Shown: positions 1 to 9,131, counted from the first letter of the stretch. The stretch is 64,000 bases of DNA from Candidatus Omnitrophota bacterium (GCA_016782495.1 JADHYL010000001.1:34360-98359), one strand, 5' to 3'. Program-made: numbers and translations. Notes: generated from the sequence alone by a model not told the origin.

Positions 1-1833
1 AACGGTTTCGATAAAACCGTGCTGCTGGGTACCCAGAAGGTTTCCTGCCCCTCTGATTTCGAGGTCCTGCATGGCTATTTTGAATCCGGAGCCAAGCTCC
101 TGATATTTTTTTATGGTGAAAAGCCGTTTTTGCACGTTTCCAGCCAGGTGATGGAGCCTTTTTACGATCAAATAACAGAATGCGCGTCTATTAAACCGGC
201 CGACCCTTCCGCGTAATTGATAAAGATCCGCCAGGCCGAACGTGTCGGCATCGTTGATTAAAATCGTATTCGCGTTTGGTATATCAATCCCGGATTCGAT
301 AATCGTGGTTGAGAGAAGCACATCAATCTCGCCCCTTATAAATTCCCCCATGGTTTTTTCCAGCTCTTTTTCCACCATCCGCCCATGGGCAACGGCAATT
401 CGTAGATCCGGCAACATTTTTTTCAATCTTTCGCGTACCTTTTCTATACCGATTATTCTGTTATGAACAAAATAAACCTGGCCTTTTCTTCTTGCCTCGT
501 TTCGGATAGCGTTTCTTATCATTCGTTCGTCAAATTCTGTAATGTATGTCTTGACCGGCAACCTTTCCAGTGGCGGCGTATCTATAACGGATATGTCTCT
601 GCCGCCCATAAGCGCAAGGTAGAGCGTCCGCGGGATCGGCGTAGCGGTCAGGGTAAGGACATCGATGACAAGCCGTAACATCTTTAGTTTCTCCTTATGT
701 TTTACGCCAAAGCGCTGCTCCTCGTCTATGACTAAAAGCCCGAGATTCTTAATCCGGACGTCATCGGAAAGCAGCCTGTGGGTACCGATTATGACGTCTA
801 CCCTGCCGGACTTCACCGCATCCAGTATGTTCTTTTGCTCTGGCCTTGTCTTGAATCTGCTCAGCATCTCAATGTTTACCGGAAAATCCTTCATGCGCTC
901 TTTAAATACGGTGTAGTGTTGTTCCGCCAAAATCGTAGTAGGCACGAGTACCGCCGCCTGTTTGTTGTCCATCACTGCTTTAAAAACCGCGCGTAACGCG
1001 ACTTCTGTCTTGCCGTATCCGACGTCGCCGCAAAGAAGCCGGTCCATCGGCTTTGTCGCTTCCATGTCCTGCTTGACCTCGGTAGAGGCCCTCGCCTGGC
1101 CCTCTGTTTCTTTAAAGGCAAAAGACTCTTCTAGAACCTTTTGCCAATCCGTGTCTTTGGAATACTTGAATCCCTTCATCATGCTTCTTTTTGCCTGGAT
1201 CTCCAGAATATCCAGCGCCATTTTCGTAGCACCTTTCTCGGCGCGTTTTTTGGCCACCGACCACATGCGGCTACCCATCCTATATAGCTTTGGTGGCTTC
1301 CTCTCGAACGAGACATACTTCTGGACCTTGTTCAAATCGTCAAACGGGACGTAGAGCGTGTCCTTGCCTTTGTACTCAATAACCAGGTGATCAACGAAAC
1401 CCGATTTTGTCTGGATGCGCTCAATGCCAAGATACTTCCCTATGCCATAGTCGGTATGGACTACGTAATCGGAAGGCTCAATGTCAACAAATGCGTCGAT
1501 GGGATCAATTTCTTTCGGGGGTTTTGAAGGCCGGTATTTGCGTTTTCGCAAAAGCCCCTTAATCGGCAGGATTATCAGCATTTTGTGGTCGGATATTGTC
1601 TTGTAAGAAACCAGATCGATGCTCTTGATGCCTTCAACCTTGTTATGGCAGAGCTCTATGCGGACAGGGTACTCAAAAGTGGTGGGGAATACGAATATGT
1701 TCTCGCCTTTTGTGCTAAAATCTCCTTCTTCAGTTATGGCACCGACCCTTTTATATCCAAACTGCACGAGGGTGCCATACACATCTTCGAGATCAATCTC
1801 TTGAGCCTTGTAGATCTTAAGCGCGTCAAACAT
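1..1833 (-). CDS. mfd: Transcription-repair coupling factor Mfd, compact form. The C-terminal part runs off the left edge of the window.
   Basis: Reverse-strand translation is continuous from the ATG at 1833, which is preceded by an AGAGGT ribosome-binding site, down to position 1. I can read a UvrB-homology motif (GDFSTKGENIFVFP...PVRIE), the RNAP-interaction D4 motif (VVHTDYGIGKYLGIE), Walker A (DRLLCGDVGYGKTEVA), DEEQRFGV, and helicase-C (STTIIESGIDIPNANTILINDAD). The six-frame track omits it, presumably because there is no stop inside the window. Confidence 0.85.
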   Translation of the reverse strand, partial: MFDALKIYKAQEIDLEDVYGTLVQFGYKRVGAITEEGDFSTKGENIFVFPTTFEYPVRIELCHNKVEGIKSIDLVSYKTISDHKMLIILPIKGLLRKRKYRPSKPPKEIDPIDAFVDIEPSDYVVHTDYGIGKYLGIERIQTKSGFVDHLVIEYKGKDTLYVPFDDLNKVQKYVSFERKPPKLYRMGSRMWSVAKKRAEKGATKMALDILEIQAKRSMMKGFKYSKDTDWQKVLEESFAFKETEGQARASTEVKQDMEATKPMDRLLCGDVGYGKTEVALRAVFKAVMDNKQAAVLVPTTILAEQHYTVFKERMKDFPVNIEMLSRFKTRPEQKNILDAVKSGRVDVIIGTHRLLSDDVRIKNLGLLVIDEEQRFGVKHKEKLKMLRLVIDVLTLTATPIPRTLYLALMGGRDISVIDTPPLERLPVKTYITEFDERMIRNAIRNEARRKGQVYFVHNRIIGIEKVRERLKKMLPDLRIAVAHGRMVEKELEKTMGEFIRGEIDVLLSTTIIESGIDIPNANTILINDADTFGLADLYQLRGRVGRFNRRAFCYLIVKRLHHLAGNVQKRLFTIKKYQELGSGFKIAMQDLEIRGAGNLLGTQQHGFIETV

Positions 1834-1946
1834 GATTTAACCTCTACCCTTACTCTTGTAGGTACATAAGAAGAAAAGCCTTCCCATAACATTTTAAGGG
1901 TGAGCCGATAGCAGGCATCCCTGGAGTTAAACATGGGACTTGCTAA

Positions 1947-3641
1947 TCACATGCGCTCCGGAAGCGATACGCCTAAGAGCCGCAAGCCGTTGGCAAGGAC
2001 AATTTTAATGCCCTCCACCAATGCCAACCGCGCTTTGGTAAGCGGTAAATCGCCGTCCGAAACTACTCGATGCTTTGTGTAGAAGTTATGAAAAACCTTC
2101 GCTAGCTCGTTAAGGTATTCGACTATCCGGTAGGGTTCGAGGGTACTGGCGCTGGCTTCTACTACAATCGGAAATTGGTAGAGCATCCGCAAGAGATAGA
2201 GCTCCTCGGGTTCTTTTAAAAGTTCTGCAGTATATCTTGTGCGTTTTAATCTGTCCCCCAGATTCCTGCTGAAACCGAAAATCGACGAGATGCGCGCATG
2301 CGCATACTGGATGTAATAAACGGGGTTGTCGAGCGAGTTTTTTTTGGCCACTTCCAGATCAAAGTCCAGGTGGCTGTCGAGCTTCCTCATCAGGAAGAAG
2401 AACCTCGTAACATCGCAGCCCACTTCGTCCATGACTTCTTTTAGCGTAATGAATTCACCTTTCCGTGTGGACATTGATAACAGAACGCCGCCGCGGAAGA
2501 GCCTCGCCAGCTGCACGATGAGAATTGATATGCTGTTTTTGCCGTATCCCAAAGCTTCCACGGATGCCCTTAGCCTTGGAATATAACCGTGGTGGTCGGG
2601 TCCCCATATATCGATCAGCCTATTGAATCTGCGTCTGTATTTATTAAGGTGATACGCTATGTCAGGCGCTAGATACGTAAATGATCCATCTCGTTTTATT
2701 ACAACCCGATCCTTGTCGTCTCCGAAGGCAGTGGACTTAAACCAGGTTGCCCCGTCTTTTTTATAAATATATCCCTTGCCTTCTAGTTTTCCGAGCACCT
2801 TTTTGATTGTCTTCGATGAAAGTTTTTTTTGACTAAACCATTTATCAAAAGATACGCCGAATTTGATGAGGTCTTTTTTTATCGCGTTCAATATGTATTT
2901 AACGCCGAATCCCGTAATAAAGCGCAGATTATTCGGTTTGCTTTCAATAAATCTCTTTCCGTACTTTTTATTGAATTCGTTTGCAACCCTTTTTATGTAT
3001 TCGCCTTGATAGCCGTCTTCGGGAAATTCGGCCTCGATGCCGTTAGATGAGCGGTAACGCGCAAATATTGATTTTCCCAGGAGTTGGACCTGTGTCCCGA
3101 CGTCGTTAATAAAATATTCCCTTGATATGGTATATCCTGAAAATTCCAGTATGCGGCAGAGCGCATCACCGACTGCCGCCTGTCTGCCGTGCGCAACAGT
3201 GAGAGGACCGGTAGGATTGGCGCTCACGAACTCTATGTTCACCCTCGCGCCGCTGCCGGATTCATTTCTGCCGAAGGCATCTTTCTCCTTCGATATTTTG
3301 GATAGGAATGCGTACAGGTATTCTTCGCTAAGCCGGAAATTAATAAAGCCGGGCGGAGATACCTCAATTTTTCTGATAACGCGGCCTAAACGATTACTGC
3401 CGGCAAACATCTCGAGCTCTTCTTTTAAAAGGGCTGCCAGCTTGACACTATTTGTGGAAAAATTCTTTGCAAGGCGCATTGCCACGTTGGTCGTAAGATC
3501 TCCGTGTTTAGGATCCTTCGGGATTTCCAGCTCGATTTTGGGATGAACCGGGAGATCTTTTGCCGGCGTTTTATCGGAAATGTTTTTTAAGGCGTGTTCT
3601 AAGGCGAGTTTCAGATTTTTTTGGATTTGATAGATATGCAT
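1947..3641 (-). CDS. argS: Arginyl-tRNA synthetase. The likely start is the internal ATG giving MHIYQIQ...; the track ORF extends to 3677.
   Basis: 576-aa ORF with the class I HIGH-region motif NPTGPLTVAHGR and an overall ArgRS layout. N-terminal anticodon-binding region; ends VSLPERM. Confidence 0.9.
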   Translation of the reverse strand: MHIYQIQKNLKLALEHALKNISDKTPAKDLPVHPKIELEIPKDPKHGDLTTNVAMRLAKNFSTNSVKLAALLKEELEMFAGSNRLGRVIRKIEVSPPGFINFRLSEEYLYAFLSKISKEKDAFGRNESGSGARVNIEFVSANPTGPLTVAHGRQAAVGDALCRILEFSGYTISREYFINDVGTQVQLLGKSIFARYRSSNGIEAEFPEDGYQGEYIKRVANEFNKKYGKRFIESKPNNLRFITGFGVKYILNAIKKDLIKFGVSFDKWFSQKKLSSKTIKKVLGKLEGKGYIYKKDGATWFKSTAFGDDKDRVVIKRDGSFTYLAPDIAYHLNKYRRRFNRLIDIWGPDHHGYIPRLRASVEALGYGKNSISILIVQLARLFRGGVLLSMSTRKGEFITLKEVMDEVGCDVTRFFFLMRKLDSHLDFDLEVAKKNSLDNPVYYIQYAHARISSIFGFSRNLGDRLKRTRYTAELLKEPEELYLLRMLYQFPIVVEASASTLEPYRIVEYLNELAKVFHNFYTKHRVVSDGDLPLTKARLALVEGIKIVLANGLRLLGVSLPERM

Positions 3642-3907
3642 GATGTAGAAAAATGCTCTTTGGGTGCATCGTGCCATAGCCTTTCCAGATCATAAAATTT
3701 TCTTACGTTACTATGAAATACATGGGCGATAACATCGCCGTAGTCAATCAGCACCCAAAGAGCTTCTCTTTTTCCTTCGATATGCCAGTATTTTACACCT
3801 TTCTCAAGGAGTGTCTCCTCTATGCCTTCGGATATAGTTTGAACCCTTTTTGTTGAGGACGCACTACATATGATAAAATAATCGGTCATGTTTGAAACCG
3901 CCCTCAT
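3611..3907 (-). CDS. rsfS: Ribosomal silencing factor RsfS (Iojap). The N-terminus is uncertain. Homology continues upstream to about 3975 with no in-frame ATG, GTG or TTG.
   Basis: Motifs LGKKAEDIAILDM...TDYFIICSASS and LWVLIDYGDVIAHVFH...R.FYDLERLW are present. It overlaps the 5' end of argS. Confidence 0.8.
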   Translation of the reverse strand: MRAVSNMTDYFIICSASSTKRVQTISEGIEETLLEKGVKYWHIEGKREALWVLIDYGDVIAHVFHSNVRKFYDLERLWHDAPKEHFSTSCISIKSKKI

Positions 3908-4018
3908 ATCCAGAATAGCAATGTCTTCTGCCTTCTTGCCAAGGGCAGCATTGCCGATCAGCTTTGTCTTTTCTAGGGTTTCTATACCTTTTTCACCTCG
4001 CTTAAGAAACGGACGGAA

Positions 4019-4186
4019 TTATTTCAATTTTGCCGCTGTGTCTTTTGACACAACCTTCCAGCATTCGTAGTCGCCGGTCAGGGATTTGGTTACTGCGAAA
4101 AATCTCCCTTTTCGTTCCTCAATTCTGAAGTCAGACGCTTTGAATTTCTTCTTTGTTTTTACATCAAAAAATTCCATTTCTGCCAT
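4019..4186 (-). CDS. Hypothetical small protein of 55 aa (MAEMEFFDVKTKKKFKASDFRIEERKGRFFAVTKSLTGDYECWKVVSKDTAAKLK).
   Basis: Strong ribosome-binding site AAGGAGGTG 6 nt upstream of the ATG at 4186. TAA stop at 4019-4021. No family recognised. Confidence 0.45.
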   Translation of the reverse strand: MAEMEFFDVKTKKKFKASDFRIEERKGRFFAVTKSLTGDYECWKVVSKDTAAKLK

Positions 4187-4314
4187 TACAGCACCTCCTT
4201 TTTAACCCCCTCGACCAATTACTACACGGTTCAAATACACAATTGGTGTGGGGTAAATTTGCCATAAGTGTATCATAATCTCGAGTTAATTTCAAGTTTG
4301 AAAGGTAAAATGCG

Positions 4315-4911
4315 TTATTTAACATAGAGTTTTTTTGTTTTAATGTATTTACGCACGCTTTTCGGAACTAGATGCGCGAGGCACTTACCCTTTCGCACAA
4401 GAAGCCTGATTTCCGTCGACGATATGTCTTTTTTTGGGATATCCAATCTCAAGACGCTCGAAAAACGAGTTTCCGTTTTAAACCCGGGCCTCGGCACAAC
4501 AACAAACCGTAAGAGTGCTGTAAGTTTCGCAATTTTTTTCCATTTCTTTAATCCGGCGAGTGAATCCGATCCTATGAGGAAAAAAAGTTCTGTTTTTTTT
4601 CCATATTTTTTTTTCAAGGATTTGGCAGTTTTTATTGAGTAAGACTTGCCCTTCTGGCGCAATTCATACTGGGAAACCACAAATCTTTTCTTGTTGGCCG
4701 TGGCTAGATCGAGCATGCGGAGCCTGTCAGTATTCGTTGCGTTTCCGCGTATTTTTTTATGCGGTGGGATAGCGGTCGGGATAAATATGATTTTGTCCAG
4801 GCGTAACTTTTTAAGTGTCTCGCGTGCTATGTGTATGTGGCCGTTGTGTACGGGGTTAAATGTGCCGCCTAATATACCGATTCGTTTATTTGCGAATTTG
4901 CCCATTGCCAA
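4315..4911 (-). CDS. nadD: Nicotinate-nucleotide adenylyltransferase.
   Basis: Motif GILGGTFNPVHNGHIHIA, the (H/T)xGH nucleotidyltransferase signature. 198 aa. Confidence 0.9.
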   Translation of the reverse strand: MAMGKFANKRIGILGGTFNPVHNGHIHIARETLKKLRLDKIIFIPTAIPPHKKIRGNATNTDRLRMLDLATANKKRFVVSQYELRQKGKSYSIKTAKSLKKKYGKKTELFFLIGSDSLAGLKKWKKIAKLTALLRFVVVPRPGFKTETRFSSVLRLDIPKKDISSTEIRLLVRKGKCLAHLVPKSVRKYIKTKKLYVK

Positions 4912-6166
4912 ATATGACGTATTTATATGTCGTTAGTTCCTCGAGCCCCATCGGGCCACGGGCGTGTAACTTATCTGTACTTATTCCTATTTCGGCTCCC
5001 TTGCCGAATTCGTATCCATCAGTAAACCTTGTCGAGGCATTCACGTAAACGGCGCTCGAGTCTACCCTCTCCAGGAATTCCATGGCATTCTTGTAATCTT
5101 TTGTGACAATGGCGTCAGAATGCGCTGTTCCATATCGGGTTATATGATCGATTGCTTCTTCGAGACTTTTGACTACCTTTACCGATAGTATCAGGTCTAG
5201 ATATTCTGCATGCCAGTCAGATTCTTTGGCAGTCGCGATATTCATTTTTCGTAAAATCTTCCGCGTGAAAGGACAACCCCTCATTTCGACACCCGCGGTT
5301 TTAAGCTTTTTTGCCATCGAAGGGAGAAAGCGCGCCGCAACGCTTCTGTGGACAAGAAGCGTTTCCATTGCATTGCAGACACCCGGCCTCTGGACCTTGG
5401 CGTTGTATGCAATCGACTCGGCGGTGGAGAGATCGGCTTTTTCATCGACATAGACGTGGCAAACACCCTTGTAATGCTTGATTACCGGTATTCTCGATTT
5501 CTTTGTTACCTCTTTTATCAGTGACTCCCCGCCTCTTGGTATGATCAAATCTATTATGCCGTCTAATCCCAAGAGAACACCTACTGCCTTTCTGTCTGTT
5601 ACTTTAATCATGTTGAGCGCATTTCGAGGAAGGCCTTTTCTTGTGGCTGCCTTGCTGAGCACGTCAAATATGGCAATATTGGAATTTATTGCTTCCTTTC
5701 CGCCCCGCAATATCAGGCTGTTGCCCGATTTTAAAGACAAGGCCATGCAATCAGCGGTTACATTCGGCCTGGATTCGTATATGACGCAGATTGTTCCGAT
5801 GGGGACCTTCATTTTCTTTATCAGAAGTCCGTTTGGCCTTTTTGTCATTTTTTCTACAACTCCTACCGGATCCTTAAGTTTCGCGACGCCAAGAATGGAG
5901 CTTACCATGCCGCTTATTCTTTTATCGGTTAACCGCAGCCTGTCGATTAACGCATCGGGGAGCTTATCTCTTTTGGCTTTCCTTAAATCCTTTTCATTCG
6001 CTTTTGTGATATAGGATTTTGATTTTACAAGGGCATCTGCCATGCCTTTTAAAATTGCATTTTTGAGGTCGCTCCTCAACAATCCCAGCGTTCTTGAAGC
6101 CTCTTTCGCGGCTACGGCAATATTTTTAACCTCTTTTTTCAACTCCATTTTGCGCTTCCTATTCAT
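4886..6166 (-). CDS. proA: Glutamate-5-semialdehyde dehydrogenase (gamma-glutamyl phosphate reductase).
   Basis: 426 aa. Aldehyde-dehydrogenase fold with ProA-typical segments (IYESRPNVTADC, catalytic Cys region GVCNAMETLLVH). Overlaps proB by 4 nt. Confidence 0.9.
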   Translation of the reverse strand: MNRKRKMELKKEVKNIAVAAKEASRTLGLLRSDLKNAILKGMADALVKSKSYITKANEKDLRKAKRDKLPDALIDRLRLTDKRISGMVSSILGVAKLKDPVGVVEKMTKRPNGLLIKKMKVPIGTICVIYESRPNVTADCMALSLKSGNSLILRGGKEAINSNIAIFDVLSKAATRKGLPRNALNMIKVTDRKAVGVLLGLDGIIDLIIPRGGESLIKEVTKKSRIPVIKHYKGVCHVYVDEKADLSTAESIAYNAKVQRPGVCNAMETLLVHRSVAARFLPSMAKKLKTAGVEMRGCPFTRKILRKMNIATAKESDWHAEYLDLILSVKVVKSLEEAIDHITRYGTAHSDAIVTKDYKNAMEFLERVDSSAVYVNASTRFTDGYEFGKGAEIGISTDKLHARGPMGLEELTTYKYVIFGNGQIRK

Positions 6167-7251
6167 AGGATCACGAGATTATCCCTGTGCACAACCTCAT
6201 CGTGGTCTTTATATCCCAGAACCGATTCGATTTCACCTGTCTTTAGTCCTTTTATTCTCTCTATTTCTTTTGACGAGTAGTTTGTAAGCCCCCTGGCGAA
6301 TTCCTTTTTCTTGGAATCCGATATCCCCACTACATCGCCGGCCTTAAAGCTTCCGTCTTTCCCCGCGATACCCGAAATACCCGAAGCAAGCAAACTCTTG
6401 CTCTTGGCGACAAGGGCTTTTTTTGCGCCTTCATCGACGATTATCCTGCCCTTAACCTTAGAGGAATAAGCAATCCATCTTTTCTTCGCCTTTTTCTTAA
6501 CGGGCATTGCCTTGAAGTAGGTGTATGTAGCTTTGCCTTCTAATAAATCTAATATGATATTTTCTTTTGTGCCTTTGGCTATAAAACAATCTATTCCGGA
6601 TTGCATGGCCCTCTTTGCGGCTTCGATCTTCGTAACCATACCGCCCTTTGTAAAAGACAATAATTTCTTATCTACAAGCTTTTCGATGTCTTTGGTAATC
6701 TCTTCCACATACTTTTTTATTCTACCATTCTTATCAAGAAGGCCGAGTACATCCGTCAACATGATTAAACAATCGGCTTCGGATAAGTCTGCGACGAGGC
6801 TTGAAAGCCTGTCGTTATCACCGCACTTGATTTCTTCGGTAGAAACCGTGTCATTCTCGTTAACTATTGGAATAATGTTTTCAGAAAGAAGCGCATCGAT
6901 CGTATATTTTATATTGAGATACCGGCGCCTGTCGTTAAAATCTTCCTGCGTTAAAAGAATTTGACCTGTTAAATAATTTCCTTTTTTAAAAGCTTCGTTA
7001 TAAAGATGCATTAGTTCATTCTGTCCCACAGAAGCCATTGCCTGTAAATCCGATAATGAATTGCCTCTTAATTTTAAAATGCCTCTGCCGGCTCCGATTG
7101 CACCTGATGAAACAAGCATAACTTTCGCGCCTTTGTCCTTAAGTTGTGAAACCTGAGAAGCGATACTTGTTATAATTCCTTCATCTATCGTGCCGTCTCC
7201 CTTCGTCAGGACGCTCGTTCCGATTTTTATTACGATTTTTTTATACTTCAT
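6163..7251 (-). CDS. proB: Glutamate 5-kinase with a C-terminal PUA domain.
   Basis: N-terminus MKYKKIVIKIGTSVLT... with amino-acid-kinase family motifs. 362 aa. Operon context obg-proB-proA. Confidence 0.9.
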   Translation of the reverse strand: MKYKKIVIKIGTSVLTKGDGTIDEGIITSIASQVSQLKDKGAKVMLVSSGAIGAGRGILKLRGNSLSDLQAMASVGQNELMHLYNEAFKKGNYLTGQILLTQEDFNDRRRYLNIKYTIDALLSENIIPIVNENDTVSTEEIKCGDNDRLSSLVADLSEADCLIMLTDVLGLLDKNGRIKKYVEEITKDIEKLVDKKLLSFTKGGMVTKIEAAKRAMQSGIDCFIAKGTKENIILDLLEGKATYTYFKAMPVKKKAKKRWIAYSSKVKGRIIVDEGAKKALVAKSKSLLASGISGIAGKDGSFKAGDVVGISDSKKKEFARGLTNYSSKEIERIKGLKTGEIESVLGYKDHDEVVHRDNLVIL

Positions 7252-8210
7252 CTTTCAGTCGAAATCCTCCATATCTCATTCAATAATTCTTTAATTCCCT
7301 CGCCTGTAACGGCGGAAATAGGGAATATTTTTTTATCGATCTTCTTCCTGAATATGTCTAAATTGCCCTTTGAGTCCACCAGATCCATCTTGTTGCATGC
7401 AACTATCTGGGCTTTTTTCTCAAGGTGAGCGCCGTAGAGAGAAAGTTCCTTATTAATCGACAAATAATCGTTGTACGGGTCTCTTCCTTCCAGAGCCGCG
7501 GTGTCCACCATGTGCAGCAAGATCTTTGTTCTTTCTATGTGGCGCAAAAATTTATCTCCGAGGCCCCTCCCGCTATGGGCGCCCTCGATAAGGCCGGGCA
7601 TGTCCGCAAACGTTAAATCCCCCTCATACATCCTGACGATGCCGAGTGAGGGTGCTTTTGTTGTAAACGGATAATCGGCAATTTTTGATTTTGCGCTTGA
7701 TATCCGCGAAATAAGCGTGGATTTACCGACGTTTGGGTAGCCGATAATGCCCACATCGGCTATCAGCTTCAATTCCAAGAAGAGCTCTTTTTCCTCGCCC
7801 TTCTCGCCTGGCGTGGCATCCCTCTTTCGGGTATTTCCCTTTCCGTATTTTCCGCCGACGGCAGCTATAACTTCTTCGCCGTCATGCGCCATGTCCCTGA
7901 TGACAAGCTCGGTCGTCGCGTCCGTAATTACGGTTCCGGCCGGGATCCGAATGTATGAATTCTCGCCACGCTCTCCCTTCTTATTATTTGAGCCGCCGTG
8001 GCCCCCGCGACCTGCCTTGAAATGCCTCTTGTATTGGAAATCTAAAAGTGTGTGAATGTTCTTATCGACTTTGAATATTACGTTCCCGCCGTCGCCGCCG
8101 TCGCCACCGTTAGGCTTGCCCTTGCGGACGCGCCTGTCACGGTAGAAACTTGTGCATCCGTTTCCTCCGTCGCCCGCCGTGACGTGGATTTTTGCTTGGT
8201 CGATAAGCAT
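7248..8210 (-). CDS. obg: GTPase Obg/CgtA.
   Basis: Obg fold N-terminus (FYRDRRVRKGKPNGGDGGDGGNV), G1 (GYPNVGKST) and G4 (NKMD). Confidence 0.9.
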   Translation of the reverse strand: MLIDQAKIHVTAGDGGNGCTSFYRDRRVRKGKPNGGDGGDGGNVIFKVDKNIHTLLDFQYKRHFKAGRGGHGGSNNKKGERGENSYIRIPAGTVITDATTELVIRDMAHDGEEVIAAVGGKYGKGNTRKRDATPGEKGEEKELFLELKLIADVGIIGYPNVGKSTLISRISSAKSKIADYPFTTKAPSLGIVRMYEGDLTFADMPGLIEGAHSGRGLGDKFLRHIERTKILLHMVDTAALEGRDPYNDYLSINKELSLYGAHLEKKAQIVACNKMDLVDSKGNLDIFRKKIDKKIFPISAVTGEGIKELLNEIWRISTER

Positions 8211-8354
8211 TTGCCCATTTTTGTGTCATTGCGAGGCGTCATAGACGCCGAAGCAATCTCAGTTTTGAGATCCCTCGGGCGCCTTATGCCCTCGGGATGA
8301 AATTCGACCTTATGGCTTACCTCGACTAATACTCGTGTAAGTCATGGTCTCATT

Positions 8355-8597
8355 TCATTTTGGTAAGATACTTACGATTCTTGAGTAGGAAAAATTTACA
8401 ATGCCGTCTATTTTGGCGAAAAGCGTATCGTCCCTGCCGATACCCACATTCATGCCCGGCTTAAAGGGTGTGCCGTGCTGCCTTACTATAATGCTACCTG
8501 CTCTCACAAGTTGGCCGCCGAAACGTTTTACACCTAATCTCTGCGAGTTGGAATCTCTTCCGTTCCTTGAACTTCCCAATCCCTTTTTATGCGCCAT
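8355..8597 (-). CDS. rpmA: 50S ribosomal protein L27.
   Basis: [28 protein letters not shown]...; 80 aa. Confidence 0.95.
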   Translation of the reverse strand: MAHKKGLGSSRNGRDSNSQRLGVKRFGGQLVRAGSIIVRQHGTPFKPGMNVGIGRDDTLFAKIDGIVNFSYSRIVSILPK

Positions 8598-8609
8598 TTA
8601 TAGCCCCTC

Positions 8610-8921
8610 TTATATTTTTATTTCCTTAACCTTCAGTTTTGTTAAATCCTGCCTGTGCCCTATTTTCGCCTTATGGCTTTTTCGTCTTTTATATTTAAAC
8701 GCAACTACTTTCCTGGCACGGGGATGCGACAAAATCTCACACGTAACATAGGCGTCTTTTAGGTATGGCTTCCCTATGTGGTAGCTGCTTTTCTCTTTTA
8801 CCAAGAGGACGTTCTTAAACTTTATAACGCTGGATTCCTTGCCGGAAATCCTGTTTATAAGGAATTCGTCGTTCTTCTCTAATTTGTATTGCTTGCCCCC
8901 TGCTTTGAGCACGACATACAT
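8610..8921 (-). CDS. rplU: 50S ribosomal protein L21. The start is taken at ATG 8921 (MYVVLKAGGKQYK), which has a GGAGGT ribosome-binding site. The track ORF begins at an upstream TTG.
   Basis: Clear match to the L21 family; rplU-rpmA-obg synteny. Confidence 0.93.
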   Translation of the reverse strand: MYVVLKAGGKQYKLEKNDEFLINRISGKESSVIKFKNVLLVKEKSSYHIGKPYLKDAYVTCEILSHPRARKVVAFKYKRRKSHKAKIGHRQDLTKLKVKEIKI

Positions 8922-8971
8922 ATATATAACCTCCAACCCTCTCTACACCAATAATCATTGGTGTGGGGGCT

Positions 8972-8999
8972 AATTTATCATAAATGCGCGATTTGTCAA
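8972..8999 (-). promoter_or_regulatory. Sigma70-like promoter for the rplU operon. Minus strand reads TTGACA, a 16-nt spacer, then TAAATT.
   Basis: TTGACA at 8999..8994 with the -10 element at 8977..8972. It lies immediately after a terminator hairpin and upstream of the palindromic leader CACCAATGATTATTGGTG. Confidence 0.45.
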
Positions 9000-9010
9000 G
9001 AAAAATCCCT

Positions 9011-9047
9011 GAGATTGCTGAAAAAGTCTTAATAAAACAGCAATCTC
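9011..9047 (-). terminator. Intrinsic terminator-like hairpin, the first of three in this spacer. GAGATTGCTG/CAGCAATCTC with a 17-nt loop, followed on the minus strand by ATTTTTCTT.
   Basis: Perfect 10-bp inverted repeat with a downstream U-run on the transcribed strand. Sits between the end of the pilus operon and the rplU promoter. Confidence 0.5.
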
Positions 9048-9065
9048 TGATTAAAAGATTAAAAT

Positions 9066-9110
9066 AGATTACACAGATTAAATTTATCGTCGAGAAAATC
9101 TATGTAATCT
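9066..9110 (-). repeat. Second hairpin of the triple array: AGATTACACAGATT / AATCTATGTAATCT, 13 of 14 bp paired with an 18-nt loop. Short GATTAAA-like direct repeats flank it.
   Basis: Seen directly. GATTAAAA, GATTAAAA, GATTACACA and GATTAAATT occur in tandem at 9052-9082. Confidence 0.4.
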
Positions 9111-9131
9111 TTTCTAAAATCTGCGTAATCA

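Noticed and set aside
5478-6014. A 178-aa plus-strand ORF. Similar long plus-strand ORFs occur at 14926-15495, 18171-18758, 24503-25054, 37122-37715 and 48450-49010.
   Set aside because: All lie antisense to well-supported minus-strand genes (proA, pilQ, pilM, pilB, aroA, ftsA/ftsQ). They have low-complexity Ser/Leu/Phe-rich translations typical of shadow ORFs, and they lack ribosome-binding sites.
8211-8354. The 144-nt rpmA-obg spacer, which has a GGCGTC-ATA-GACGCC palindrome and CCCTCGGG direct repeats.
   Set aside because: The structures are short and the spacer is typical of an internal attenuator in r-protein/obg operons. The evidence is insufficient to call a specific element.
9052-9082. 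Tandem GATTAAA-like repeats, considered as a possible mini CRISPR array or iteron array.
   Set aside because: The units are only 7-9 nt long, irregular, and have no spacer structure. It is more likely an A/T-rich terminator flank.
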